A stretch of DNA of 64,000 nt from Macrostomum lignano (lineage: Eukaryota): the NCBI GenBank assembly GCA_002269645.1, contig NIVC01000028.1, positions 323,873 through 387,872 of the forward strand, given 5' to 3'. The notes below the pieces were generated by a model, which saw only the letters and a list, made by a program, of their open reading frames with translations, did no database searches and was not told the DNA's origin. Positions within the stretch are counted from its first letter, which is position 1; the number at the start of each line of letters is the position of its first letter. This document shows, one piece after another, positions 1-12,851 of this stretch. The translations under genes were made by a program, and so were the position numbers.

Positions 1-3000
1 GCGAATACTGGATTGGACGAGTCAAAATTATCGAATTCTGCCTCAGCAAACGGGGGAGGAGGCGGTGGAGGCGAGCGGGTGAGCAACAGGTTCACATTTA
101 GTGGCGTGTTCGATGAGACGGCAGATCAGCAGGGCCTGTACGCGGGCACGGTGGCTGAGACGGTGCGTCAGCTTGCTGAGGGAGACCTGAGCAGTGGATT
201 GCTGTTCAACTATGGGGTGACGAGCTCGGGAAAGACTTTTACAGTGCAGGTGAGTCTTCTATGCAGTGTTGGCCACTTTTAAGTTGAAAAATCAAAACTG
301 GGGTTGTAGCCCAGTGATCAGAGTGTCTGACTCACGACTTGAAGGTCGGGGGTTCGATTCTCGACCCACTCGGAACAATTTGTATGCTTGAGCCAGCTGT
401 AAAATGGGTGCCAGCATTAGCTGGGGTAATTGAGGGTGTGTGTGTGGCGACCCCCCAGTCCTTGGACTGAACAGCCGTACGCAGCCTTTAGATGCGCCGC
501 GCAATAGCTGCGGCTGAGCTGTCGGTTGCACATCTGCCCATTAGGCCAGGTGTAATCAATTATCAATTAATTTTGAGTAGGGGTCGGCAAACTCCGTCCA
601 GTGGGCCATACGCGGCCCGCCAAGTCTCTACCCGGCCCTTTGGTCCTTTGAAACTTCACAATAGCAATCCGGCCCGTTCAGGGTCTGTGTCTCATCTCAA
701 ATCTGTCTGATTTCCTCTCCCTTCTCTCCGCTCTCCTCCCTTCTCTCCTCTCCTCTTCCTTCTCTCCTCTCCCTTCTCTCCTCTCCCTTCTCTCCGCTCC
801 TCTCCCTTCTCTCCTCTCCTCTCCCTCCTCTCCCTTCTCTCCTCTCCTCTCCCTTCTCTCCTCTCCTCTCCCCTCTCTCCTCTCCTCTCCCCTCTCTCCT
901 CTCCTCTCCCTTCTCTCCTCTCCTCTCCCTTCTCTCCTCTCCTCTCCCTTCTCTCCTCTCCTCTCCCTTCTCTCCTCTCCTCTCCCTTCTCTCCTCTCCT
1001 CTCCCTTCTCTCCTCTCCTCTCCCTTCTCTCCTCTCCTCTCCCTTCTCTCCTCTCCCTTCTCTCCTCTTCTCTTCCGTCTCTCCTGTCCTCTCCCTTCTC
1101 TCCTCTCCTCTCCTCTCCTCTTCTCTCCCTTCTCTCCCTTCTCTCCTCTCCTCTCTCCTATCCTCTCCTCCCTTCCTTTCTCTCCTTCCCCTTATTGATC
1201 CTCTCCCTTCTCTCCTCCTCAATCCTCGGGCCCGGCCTGCAGTCATGTGCTAGATTTTTCATCTGGCATTTTTGCAATATAAAACTTTGCCAACCCCCGT
1301 GTTAGCGTATGTTTAACTATAATTCAGGCAAAGTTAAGCAAAAGCGGTTGCGATTAGTCAGTGCGCAGAGCAAATAAGCTGGCGGCTTGAAACTTTGTTA
1401 AACTTGGCCTTAATTAGCGCCTCCGTTATTTTCCCAGGGCACCCCTCAGTCTCCCGGCCTGCTGCCGCGCGCCCTCGCCGACCTGTTCCGGCGCCTTGAC
1501 GGTCAGCTGAGCGGCGCCGAGCAGCTGCTGCCGTTCCGGCCGGTCAGCTTCAGCGAGGCTGCCCCGCTGGCGCCGGATGAGGCCAGGGCGGCGCTGGCGG
1601 AGACTCGAGCAGTGCTGAGTCGGTTTGATGCCTGCGATGCCCAGCTTGGGGACTGGTGAGGCTGGGGTGGCAAACATCATCAATCACGATTGTTTCTGAG
1701 CAGTTCCCCTTTGAGCAGTCCCTGCACAGTCTAAGCAGTTCCTCTTTGAGCAGTCCCTGCACAGTCTGAGCAGTTCCCCTTTGAGCAGTCCCTGCACAGT
1801 CTAAGCAGTTCCTCTTTGAGCAGTCCCTGCACAGTCTGAGCAGTTCCCCTTTGAGCAGTCCCTGCACAGTCTGAGCAGTTCCCATTTGAGCAGTCCCTGC
1901 ACAGTCTGAGCAGTTCCCATTTGAGCAGTCCCTGCACAGTCTGAGCAGTTCCCCTTTGAGCAGTCCCAGCAGTCCCAACAGTCCCTGCACAGTCTGAGCA
2001 GTTCCCCTTTGAGCAGTCCCTGCACAGTCTGAGCAGTTCCCATTTGAGCAGTCCCTGCACAGTCTGAGCAGTTCCCCTTTGAGCAGTCCCTGCACAGTCT
2101 GAGCAGTTCCCATTTGAGCAGTCCCTGCACAGTCTGAGCAGTTCCCCTTTGAGCAGTCCCTACACAGTCTGAGCAGTTCCCATTTGAGCAGTCCCTGCAC
2201 AGTCTGAGCAGTTCCCATTTGAGCAGTCCCTGCACAGTCTGAGCAGTTCCCATTTGAGCAGTCCCTGCACAGTCTGAGCAGTTCCCATTTGAGCTGTCCC
2301 TGCACAGTCTGAGCAGTTCCCATTTGAGCAGTCCCTGCACAGTCTGAGCAGTTCCCCTTTGAGCAGTCCCAGCAGTCCCTGCACAGTCTGAGCAGTTCCC
2401 CTTTGAGCAGTCCCTGCACAGTCTGAGCAGTTCCCCTTTGAGCAGTCCCTGCACAGTCTGAGCAGTTCCCATTTAAGCAGTCCCTGCACAGTCTGAGCAG
2501 TTCCCCTTTGAGCAGTCCCAGCAGTCCCAACAGTCCCTGCACAGTCTTAGCAGTTCCCCTTTGAGCAGTCCCTGCACAGTCTAAGCAGTTCCCATTTGAG
2601 CAGTCCCTGTACAGTCTGAGCAGTTCCCATTTGAGCAGTCCCTGCACAGTCTGAGCAGTTCTTATTTGAGCAGTCCCTGCACAGTCTGAGCAGTTCCCAT
2701 TTGAGCTGTCCCTGCACAGTCTGAGCAGTTCCCATTTGAGCAGTCCCTGCACAGTCTGAGCAGTTCCCCTTTGAGCAGTCCCAGCAGTCCCTGCACAGTC
2801 TGAGCAGTTCCCATTTGAGCAGTCCCTGCACAGTCTGAGCAGTTCCCCTGGAGCAGTCCCTGCACAGTCTGAGCAGTTCCCCTTTGAGCAGTCCCTGCAC
2901 AGTCTGAGCAGTTCCCATTTGAGCAGTCCCTGCACAGTCTGAGCAGTTCCCATTTGAGCAGTCCCTGCACAGTCTGAGCAGTTCCCCTGGAGCAGTCCCT

Positions 3001-6000
3001 GCACAGTCTGAGCAGTTCCCCTTTGAGCAGTCCCTGCACAGTCTGAGCAGTTCCCATTTGAGCAGTCCCTGCACAGTCTGAGCAGTTCCACTTTGAGCAG
3101 TCCCTGCACAGTCTGAGCAGTTCCCCTGGAGCAGTCCCTGCACAGTCTGAGCAGTTCCCCTTGAGTCCTTGGCCCTCACCCTGAAGCCGCAGCCATCCCA
3201 GCTTCATCCCAGCAGCTGTACTCAAACGCTGAAACATTCGCAGGCGAGCGGCTCTGCAGCTCCCCAGCCCGAGTCCGCAGCTCCCAGCTGATGCCGCAGA
3301 CCCCGTAGCCGCTGGCAAAGTCGGCAGCCGCTGCTCAGTGTGGGTGTCCTGCGCCGAGATCTACAACGAGATCGTCTACGACCTGCTGGAGCCGCTGAGC
3401 CGCCGGGCGCCCAGAAGGACGGCCTTGGAGCTGCGGGCGGACCGCACGGGCTCCGTGTACGTCAAAGGCCTTCGCTGCCTGCCGGTGTCAAGCGCTGATG
3501 AGGCCTTCAGGTTGGCGCTGCTGGGCAAACACAATCAGCACCTGGCTGCCACCAAGCTGAACCAGCAGTCTTCCAGGAGTCACGCGCTGTTCTCCATCAG
3601 GCTGGTGCGCTGCGCTGACAGACCTTCGCCTCGCTTCAGTCAGGTGAGAAGGTTTGCGGGGCCAAGTCTTTGTTCACTCAGCCTTTGACACCAGACTCCA
3701 GATCCCCAATCCCAGATCCCCAATCCCAGATCCTCAATCCCAGATCCCCAATCCCAGATCCCCATCCCAGATCCCCAATGCCAGATCCTCAATCCCAGAT
3801 CCCCAATCCCAGATCCCCAATCCCAGATCCTCAATCCCAGATCCCCAATCCCAGATCCCCAATCCCAGATCCCCAATGCCAGATCCCCAATGCCAGATCC
3901 TCAATCCGAGATCCATAATCACAGATCCCAAATCCCCGATCCCAAATCACAAATCCCCGATCCCAAATCCCAAATCCCCGATCCCAGATTCCCAAATCAG
4001 AGATCCCCAACCTCAGTACCCAGATTTCATCTCCCATCTTGCATCACGCATATCCGATCTCCCCTATCCCATTCCAAATCAACCATCTCCCATCACCCAT
4101 CTCCCATTTCCTACATCACAGACCCCATCTCTCACATCCCGCATCCATCTCCCACATCCCATCTCCCATCACCCAGATCCCATCTCCCATCACCCATATC
4201 CCACATCCCAGATCCCAGTGCATCCCGCCTCTTGCAGGTGTCCAGCCTGACCTTCTGCGACCTCGCCGGCTCGGAGCGGCAGCGCCACGCCGGCACGGCA
4301 GGCGAGCGCACCCGAGAGGCCGGCAGCATCAACTCCAGCCTGCTGACCCTGCGCCGCTGCGTTGAGACTCTGCAGAGAAATCAGCGAAATCCCCGAGCCT
4401 CCATGCTGGTGCCGTTCCGGGACTCGAAGCTCACCCGCCTGCTGCAGCCCTACTTCAGCGGCAGCGGGCAGGCGGCGATGATTGTCAACATCTCCCAGTG
4501 CCCGTCGCTGTTCGACGAGACCTTCAACGCGCTGAAGTTCAGCAGCTTGGCGCGCAGCGTCATCGTGAGCGAGCCAACGCCCAAGCGCCTGCGGCTGGCG
4601 GCCGCTGCCACCGCGTCTCCTGGGTACGGAGTGGCGTCCAAGTCTGCGGCGTCTGGGAGGGCCGGCGGCGGCGTCAGGACTGGAAGAAGACAAGATGGGG
4701 AGCAGAGGCTGGCCGATGAGGACGATGAGCTTGAGGCTTTGGATGTGACTTATGCTGATGAAGAGGAGGCTGAGATGGCGGACTTGGCCCAGATGGACAA
4801 GGAGGTGAGGCTGCCTGTGTCCGCTTGTGTCTGCTGTGTGTCTGTTGTATGCCTGCTTTGTGTCTGCTGTGTGTCCGCTGTGTGTATGCTGTTTCTTCTG
4901 TGTGTACTGTTGTTTGTATATAAAATAGTTGGGCTCTGACTTTGATTAAAATTGAGCCTGGTCGACTTAACTGCTGATCTGCAGGCTTTAACATAGACAA
5001 TACTCGTATAAAGTTCAACGCAAGCGATATTTCACTACCAACACCTCTCTTCAGTTCATGCATGTGGCTTAAGCAGGGTTGCCCAATTCATTATACGTGA
5101 GCCTCTGGGGTGGAACACCGTGAGTAGGTCTGGTACTCCTGGTCGGAACAATCGGCTCAGCTGTGGGCAAAGAGCGATTCCGTTCCGCGTTCTCTACAGC
5201 GAGTCAAGAATCGTCTCACAGCTTCAATATGGCTTTCTCGACTCGAACTTGCAGTCAGACAGTCGTCAACGATGTGTCGAACTTCTGGTAGGCCTTGGAA
5301 GGCCGTATCGAGTCTCTGGTTATAAAACTCCACAATGAAGCTGATTCCAAATTGAGCCATTCGAAGCATGTATCTTCCGAACGGCGTTATAAAAGTAGTG
5401 AGTGGCATGCTTTCGTCGGCCAGAGAATCTGATGATATCCCTTGAGAGCATCCACCACTGTGAACCAATTAGAGTTAGTCATGTCTGTGTTTGCGACAAC
5501 TTCAAGGGGCGTTGGAGACTGATACCGTGCCCGAATGACGAATTTATTGAGCTGACGAAAGTCAATGCAGAGTCTGATCTTGTCTGTGCCCTTCTTCGGA
5601 GCAACTACAATAGGCGCGCACCATAGGGTTGGCTCCGAGACAGGACAGATGACTTTCTGCTCTTCGAGAGCGTCTAGCTCGCTCTTAAGTTTTTGCTGCA
5701 GAGGCATTGCTAAACGTCGCGGAGTTCGAAACGCGAAGGGCTGAGCGTCATCCGCCAACTGAATTTTGAATTTCTCTCCGCTCATAGGGCGTATCTGCCC
5801 GTCGAAAACTGTAGGAAACTCTCTGATGAGCTGCTCCTCAGTGGTTGGTGGTTCGCTAATGCTACACGTCAACGGTGCAGGCTTTGGGAAATTCATCGGA
5901 ATGATCCCCAGTTGCTGGCAGGTATGCCATGACAAGACTGGATTGACTAGCTTTTTCAGTACATGCACCTCTGATAAAACAGTGCGCTGTCAGATGTGTC

Positions 6001-7499
6001 TTGAACTTCCCCATCACGGGAATGTTTTGGCCGTTTGCAGCTCTTGGAATGATAGTTGAGTGTTTGAGCTCATGAGCGCCAATCTTGAGCCGATTTCGAT
6101 GATGGCGTCGATATTCGAGCCTGTATCCGGCATCATAGCGAATGAGGTGCCCCTGATGTCTACGTCCAGCGCTTTGCGCGACAGAGGCGATGATGGTGGA
6201 AACTCTCTTGTTCATGCGCTTTTTTCTGCACACAGTCGAAATGGCCACTCTTTCCACAACTAAAGCATGTTTTGTCTTTCGCTCGGCATGATCTTCCAAG
6301 GTGCATTGACTTGCCACAGAATCCACATGTCCCGGAAGCGTTGATCTTTGGTCTCGCAGCGCTCTGTCGGGATGAATTTCGTTGGTGCTTTTCTTCTCTG
6401 GGGTTTTTGAAATCGACTTTTGCTAATGACTTTGTTGTAGCGTCCTTCATTGTGTTAATGTTAGATGCACAGATTTCGTCCCTTTGCTTTGTCGAAGCCT
6501 CTTCTGCTCTGCAAATTTCGAGGACTCCAGCTCCATTAGCTTTGGCTCCGATAGTAGCTTTTTGATTGCTTCTGGGCTGCTCACTCCCAGCACTATCTTG
6601 TCCCGCAGCAAGTCGTCCGAATGTTTGCAGAATGCACACGTCCTCATTAAGTCTCTGAGTTCTAATAAATACTCATTGAAGGGTTCTCCGTCTTTCTGGT
6701 GTCTCTTCCATAACCTGTTGCGCTCCACAATGATGTTTACTTGTCCCAATAGGTGCTGTCTAAGCGCGGAGATGACCTTTTTGGGGTCTTTGAAGTCTGC
6801 GTCCGACAATGGTAAGTTCTTGTACTTACTGAAACTCGCAGACGAAAAAGCGTTCAGCATGCAGGCGCGTCGGCTACCTCTTTTCTGTGCCGTCACGTCT
6901 GCTGAATCAGTTGCTAGATGTTGGAAGCCCATGGCCTCAAAAGAAGCTTCTAGGGTAGCCTGCCATGCATCAAAACCGTCTAAATTGTCGGTTGCAAGAT
7001 CCAATTGCGGGATTTGCAATCCAGGAAGTCCGAACTTGACCTTTTCCGGTTCACTGCTTTCGCTTGGTGGAGGGGCCCTTGATGCCCTTGATGGCGACTT
7101 CTGTGGCGGCGGAGGTGCCTTTGATGGTGATCTCTGTTGTGTTTTAGACATTCGGCTGAACAAGATGTAGCGCTTTCAGATGCTCAGACTCAGACTGCTA
7201 TGCAATGCCATGTTTATATATAAAATAGTTGGGCTCTGACTTTAAGCCGAGTTTGCGTGAGAGTATATTATAAAAAAAAATTGAGCCTGGTCGACTTAAC
7301 TGCCGAGCTGCGATTTTAACATAGACTAGACAATACTCCTATAAAGTTCAAGAAATTTGTCACTACCGACAGCTGTGTGTCTTTCTGTCTGTGTCTGTCT
7401 GTCTGTCTGTCTGTGTCTGTCTGTCTGTCTGTCTGTGTTTGTCTGTCTGTGTCTGTCTGTCTGTCTGTGTTTGTCTGTCTGTGTCTGTCTGTCTGTCTG

Positions 7500-7558
<59 letters not shown>

Positions 7559-9844
7559 AACAAGCCCCAGTCCCGCCCCACTCGACCCCAGGAGCTGCTG
7601 GCGGTCATCGCCTCGTTGCGGCAGTCCCGCCGCCAGCTGGACGAGGCGGTGGAGGCCCGCGAGCTGCAGATCCGCCGGGAGCTGATCGCCGAGCGGGACC
7701 GCCTGATGGAGACCATGGAGGAGCGGTTTGAGGCCCAGCTGCAGCAGCAGAAGGACAAGCAGCTGGTGAGTGGGGCAGCGAATCCCAACTGAGCACACCC
7801 AGATCCCACCTGAGCACACCCAGACCCCACCTGAGCACACCCAGACCCCACCTGAGCACACCCAGATCCCACCTGAGCACACCCAGATCCCAGCAGACCC
7901 CAGCCCCAATGCCCTCAGGACCAGCACGAAGAGCGCCTCACTGAGTACCTGAGCACAGCCAACAAGCTCGCCAGTCGCCAGCTCGAGCTGTGCCGACGCC
8001 GCGGCGAGGCGAGAGTCGCCCGCCTGAACGAGAGGCTGGGCGAGGCGACGGCGAGGCTGGACCAGCAGGACGCCGTCATCGCCGCCCTGACAGCCGAGCG
8101 CGATGAAGCCCGGCTGCAGCTGGCGGCTCTGGAGGCCAGACTGGCCGATGCTCAGCTTGCTGATGACGCTTTGAGTGCGGAGAAGCTGCTGAAGCTGAGG
8201 CGCGTCGGCGACTTCCAGCAGGGACTTCGGGCGGCTCGGGAGAGCGGCGACGTGGCGGCCTGCGGCGGCGGCGAAGTCGAAGCGCCTGCGGAGGCGGCGG
8301 CGAGCGGGTGAGGGCGGAGGTCGACGGGTCAAATGAGGTCACGCTCTTGATGCCTGGGTCATCTAGGTTCAAGTTACGGGTTTCCAGATTTACGGGTTTC
8401 CAGATTTCCAGATTTACGGGTTTCCAGATTTCCAGATTTACGGGTTTCCAGAAGTTTCAGGGTTGTCTAAGGTCATGATTAGGTCTGTGGGGTCATCTAA
8501 GGTCATTTGTAGTTCAGGTCAATTCAGAGTCTTCAATGGGACTGTCCATCTACTGCAGACATTCATTGGACACCCCTGAGCTGATTGAACAACATTTTCA
8601 ATCCCGCAGCTGTCAGGGGAATTCCGAATGAGCCGCTGAGGGCACCGCCTGGGCATCCCGCATTTCACTGACCAAGTCTGCACCCGGTACCCAGCTGTGC
8701 TACTGCAAGTACTGAATATGGCGCGCTTGACTGCAATCTGCATGAATTTGTGTCTGACTTTTCTGCCTTCACTTCACCCTGCTGTGGCACCTCATCAATG
8801 GCGCTTTGTGCTCAAATGCAGTTTATTTATAAATTTATTAATAATTTTGCATTTTGTACTCACAGCTTATTTTGCTAATCTTTATACACAGTTCAGGTGT
8901 GCATTTTGTAACCCTTTGATAATCCTTGGATTTATTTATTGGGTGCAACAGACTGACACGGCAGTTCTGCATTAATCATTTATATTGACCTGCATTGCTC
9001 AGATGAAATCATTGCTGTTTCAGTTTCTCTGCCACATCAACATTGGATGGCACTGCAGTGCAGCAATGTAAAGTATGTGCAGTTTACTATTTATTAATTG
9101 GGACATATTTTTGTCTGCTAATCTGCATTTGCCTCTGCTGCCATCAGAGCTGAAGTGAGTTGACAGCTCAGCCTCACACCCAGTGTTTTCTTTTGTGCTC
9201 AAATCCCAAATCATCAGTGCAATGAGATTTCTCACATTATTAATAATTTATCTGAATTTATACTTTTCAAGATCTCAAACAGCTCAACTCATAAAACTGC
9301 TGAAAGTTCTCAGCCTGTGTGACTGACTTTATCATTTTGTGCGTTTGGGATTTGGATTGGTGCTCATGTGCCATAACCCCTATCTCATGCAGACAGCCAT
9401 TGCTCATGTGCCATGGCCCAAATCTCATGCACACAGCCATTGCTCATGTGCCATGACCCATATCTCATGCACACAGCCATTGCTCATGTGCCATGACCCA
9501 TATCTCATGCACACAGCCATTGCTCATGTGCCATGACCCATATCTCATGCACACAGCCATTGCTCATGTGCCATGACCCATATCTCATGCACACAGCCAT
9601 TGCTCATGTGCCATGACCCATATCTCATGCACACAGCCATTGCTCATGTGCCATGACCCATATCTCATGCACACAGCCATTGCTCATGTGCCATGACTCA
9701 TATCTCTGCGCTCCGTTCGCCCCACCTGTTTCCTTAATTAGCAACAGTCTCTCAGCAGCTGCATCAGCAAATTCGCAGCCTCTCTCTTGCGTGACAAAAG
9801 AAGACTTGCAGCAAATGCTTTTCTGGGGGTTGATGGCTGCCTAA
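1..9844 (+). CDS. KIF20: Kinesin-6 family (KIF20A/B-like) motor protein, multi-exon, 5'-incomplete. Exons: <1-249, 1438-1655, 3244-3643, 4238-4804, 7592-7765, 7919-8307, probable last exon 9742-9844
   Basis: P-loop [19 protein letters not shown], switch I NQQSSRSH, switch II DLAGSER and [13 protein letters not shown], followed by coiled coil. A long insert between the P-loop helix and EIYNE is typical of kinesin-6. All introns are GT-AG and phase-compatible (0,2,0,0,0,2). The last exon is less certain; read-through of the 8308 donor stops at 8311. Confidence 0.88.
300..572 (+). mobile_element. tRNA-derived SINE-like element in kinesin intron 1
   Basis: Pol III A box TAGCCCAGTGA (307-317) and B box GGTTCGATTCT (351-361), followed by a ~200-nt non-tRNA body and a short (CAATTAT)-type tail. 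Confidence 0.6.
711..1222. repeat. CT-rich polypyrimidine low-complexity tract
   Basis: (CTCTC/CTTCT)n visible directly; source of the spurious R/E/G-rich ORF. Confidence 0.95.
1696..3165. repeat. 35-bp minisatellite (~40 copies), kinesin intron 2
   Basis: Unit GAGCAGTTCCCCTTTGAGCAGTCCCTGCACAGTCT; period 35 (e.g. 1701 to 1736). Confidence 0.95.
3688..4225. repeat. 7/14-bp tandem repeat degenerating rightwards, kinesin intron 3
   Basis: (CCCAGATCCCCAAT)n. Confidence 0.9.
4911..7371 (-). mobile_element. Internally deleted, degenerate Ty3/Gypsy LTR retrotransposon in kinesin intron 4
   Basis: TG..CA LTRs at 7211-7371 and 4911-5043, diverged with indels. PBS-like TGGCATTGCA inside the 5' LTR and PPT GAACTGAAGAGAGG. 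Flanks ACTGT/GCTGT form a near-TSD. Contains gag (7163-6447) with CCHC knuckles, protease DTG and the RT N-terminus (IRLCIDFR). RNase H and integrase are absent; frameshifts are present. Confidence 0.88.
7372..7557. repeat. (GTCT)n microsatellite
   Basis: Direct observation; a related degenerate tract at 4815-4910 lies on the other side of the LTR element. Confidence 0.95.
7788..7900. repeat. 21-bp tandem repeat in kinesin intron 5
   Basis: (TGAGCACACCCAGATCCCACC)n, ~5 copies. Confidence 0.85.
9360..9700. repeat. 40-bp minisatellite (~8 copies)
   Basis: TGCTCATGTGCCATGACCCATATCTCATGCACACAGCCAT. Confidence 0.93.
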
Positions 9845-10014
9845 CAGCGGCACAGACAAACTGCTTGAGCGCTAACCCTACCCTCTCAAACCATTCACTG
9901 CTTTGCACTGCGCCTGTGCGTTCTCGGTGACTGTAAAATTCGCTGCCTTGGATATTCGGCACTGCGGGTTTTCAGATGCGAGCCTTGCACTCATAATTGG
10001 GCGTTTAGAATTAG

Positions 10015-10392
10015 GGAGAGAGACAGGCTGGGATGTAGGGCGAGGATCAGGGAGAGACAGGCTGGGATGTAGGGTGACGAGCAGGGAGAGAGACAGGCTG
10101 GGATGTAGGGTGAGGGGCAGGGAGAGAGACAGGCTGGGATGTAGGGTGGGGGCATGGAGAGACAGGCTGGGATGTAGGGTGACGAGCAGGGAGAGAGACA
10201 GGCTGGGATGTAGGGTGGGGGCATGGAGAGACAGGCTGGGATGTAGGGTGGGGGCAGGGAGAGACAGGCTGGGATGCAGGGTGAGGGGCAGGGAGAGACA
10301 GGCTGGGATGTAGTGTGAGGGGCAGGGAGAGAGGCAGGCTGGGATGCAGGGTGGGGGCAGGGAGAGACAGGCTGGGATGTAGGGTGGGTGCA
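10015..10392. repeat. ~32-34-bp purine-rich minisatellite
   Basis: GGAGAGACAGGCTGGGATGTAGGGTGGGGGCA variants. Confidence 0.9.
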
Positions 10393-11880
10393 GGGCTGGA
10401 GGGGTTAATATCGATACTGAAGGGACACCCACCTTTCCTCTAAAAGCGTGAAAAAAACACGGTACAGCAGCTGCCATCAATCTCTATGCATCGCTTCTTT
10501 GTCCTTGTGGATGTATATTCTAGCAGTCCAAAAATACTTTTAAATCTCCCCAAGCAATATTGCTTACAATAATCTACTTATAGTACTCATAAGAATATTA
10601 TTTGCCGTGAAAGAGATGGGCTGGATTGAATTTTTCAGGAAATTTGTTTGCACCTGAAGATTCGCTATACTACGTACATTTATTTTACTCAAAAGTGAGT
10701 CACAGACCTCTTGCACTGCCTTGAGTCGTGCCTTGGGCTCTCGGGGGTGGGGTGGGCGCTCAGTTTTTTTAGCGTCTCTTCGATGCACTTCGCTCTGCAT
10801 CTCTCTCTCTCTCTCTGCTCAGCTTGTGTTTTGTTGCGCATCTGTAAAAATTCAATTCTACTGCACATTCGAGTCCGCCTCTCCATCAGTTTCATTTTCC
10901 TGCCTTTGGCTCACAAAACACTGGCTTGTCAAGCATTTGTTGCATTTTGTAGCAAATGCTCGCTCAGCTCGTGTTTTGTTCAGCTGCGAGCTTGAGCAGT
11001 CCTGCTCACAGGGCTCTCTTAGCCAGCTGCATGTGCACGCATACAATTGAACAGAGTTTATTAATCCACCCTCGCTTTGACCCACTGCATGGCCAGATGT
11101 TCCACCAATCTTTCTATTATTTTTTATTCTTATCTGTCTGCAGTTTATATCTCAGACACATTCCTAAGCATCCGATGGCGCACCTGTGCCTGCAGTTGCC
11201 AACGTCTCATCAAGAAGTAAAAAAAAACATTTTTTTATTTGGTTTGCGATGAAAAGTCTTTTACCGCGGGATAAAACAAATAAAAACAGGTTTATTTTTC
11301 AGAAAGGATTAAACTTTTGTAGTTCAGAATCAATTCATCACAGGGTTAAAAACTTGAACTGAAAGGAAAAAACGATTATAAAAAACTACTTAGGTTAAAC
11401 AAGGTTAAACAGATCAACCTAAGTAGACATGGGAGGCGATTAACAATTAGGATAAAGTGCGCTTGAGCAGAAGGGCCAAAAATTAACGTAATTGAGAATT
11501 GTTAAGCTTGTTAAACAGCAAGAAAGATAGTATATCAAAACCAAAAACATCTAGATTATCTAGGCTACAGGGAGCAGAGCGAAACTTAGATATGTATAGT
11601 TCAAATATTACTCACTCAAGCAACATGTAAAAGTTTCCACCCCGAAACCAGTGGCCAAATTTTCTCAGATCTCAGCCCCAAATAGCGAAATTCATCTCAA
11701 CTTAGGGTGATGCGATTTTTGTCACAAGGCCGCAGGTGAGGAGAGAGTGGAGAGTCATAGCTAGAGTTGGATTGAAGCTGCCACTTTCAGTTCTCAGTCC
11801 CCATGAACTGCTTTCGGTGTGGAAACTCACATGTTGCTTGGGTGTCTCAGAAACCGCCAAACAGTTTCATTAAGCAGCCT

Positions 11881-12851
11881 CTAAACTTTCCGAGCTCTTT
11901 CTGGATCGAAGCTAACAAGGCGTGAAAGCTGGTCGACTTTCTGCGGCACAACGTGAAACAGGCCGTCCTTTATCCGAACAGGGTTTTTCTGCAAGTGGCC
12001 GCTGACCTTGGTCATGATGGTAATTAGGTCGAGCTCACGAAAGTACTTCTCGATGAACTCGCAAGCAGTCTGCACGTACCGCGAACCCGAGTCGATGTTT
12101 CTAAAGGCGGCTGAGCCTTCAGTGGTGGCGTAGCAGAGCAGAAAGTCGCCCTCTGGAGGACGGATTGCGGAGTTGAACACCGGAGCGGGTGCCTCGTCCG
12201 TTTGCTCACGAGATTTGGCAGCATCAACTCGGTCGCGACGGCTTCCGCGACAGGCCTGGATGAAGAACACCTTCGGCTTTCCTTCAAGGCTGCGGCAGAC
12301 AGAACTCTGTGATGCGATGGTAGTGGCGGTGGAGTCTTCGGTCTTAGAAACTAAGTACAGTTCAGTCAAGACTTGTAAATGCGAGAAACATGTCAGTATC
12401 ACCTTTTGGTACAACATTATACATTTCTATTTAAGGGATTTTTATATCTCTCTTCTTGCTTGTACGAGCGAATCTATAGATAATTAGGCTCACCTTGAAC
12501 TTTCCTGTCAGCTTTCGAACTTTGTAGGGAAAACCGTCCCTACCGTAGATGCAGTCGTGGCTGCCGTGCGCCATCAAGAAGCAGACAAAGCTGCCGTGCT
12601 TGGCAAGGTCCGGTAAGATTTTTATCTCATTAAGAAAATTATCTACCTGCTCAACGGTGAGATCATTTTTTATCCTGACGATGAAGCGCAGACTCTCGAA
12701 TACCCGCTTCACTCGGTCAACATCACGATCCGAACCTTGACGCTCTTCAAAATTGAAGGTGATGTCACTTCCCCTGTCGTACTCGCTGATGTTGATGATC
12801 AGGCAGAAGCCTTGCGGATTCGTCACTGGATAGAAATCTTCCTCTTCGTGC
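11881..12851 (-). CDS. Caspase (peptidase C14A) catalytic domain exons (12851-12494 and 12306-11881)
   Basis: FYPVTNPQGFCLIIN, RQGSDRD, catalytic His in FLMAHG, SLEGKPKVFFIQACRG with the catalytic Cys, and small subunit DFLLCYAT..AFRNIDSGSRYVQ. Confidence 0.93.

Noticed and set aside
300-375. Functional tRNA gene
   Set aside because: A/B boxes are present but the acceptor stem pairs poorly, there is no oligo-T terminator, and a SINE-like body follows.
1550-3318. Long Cys-rich minus-strand ORFs (up to 519 aa)
   Set aside because: Translations of the 35-bp minisatellite inside kinesin intron 2.
10500-11860. Short ORFs between the kinesin and caspase 3' ends
   Set aside because: No motifs or consistent splice structure; probably UTR or intergenic sequence.
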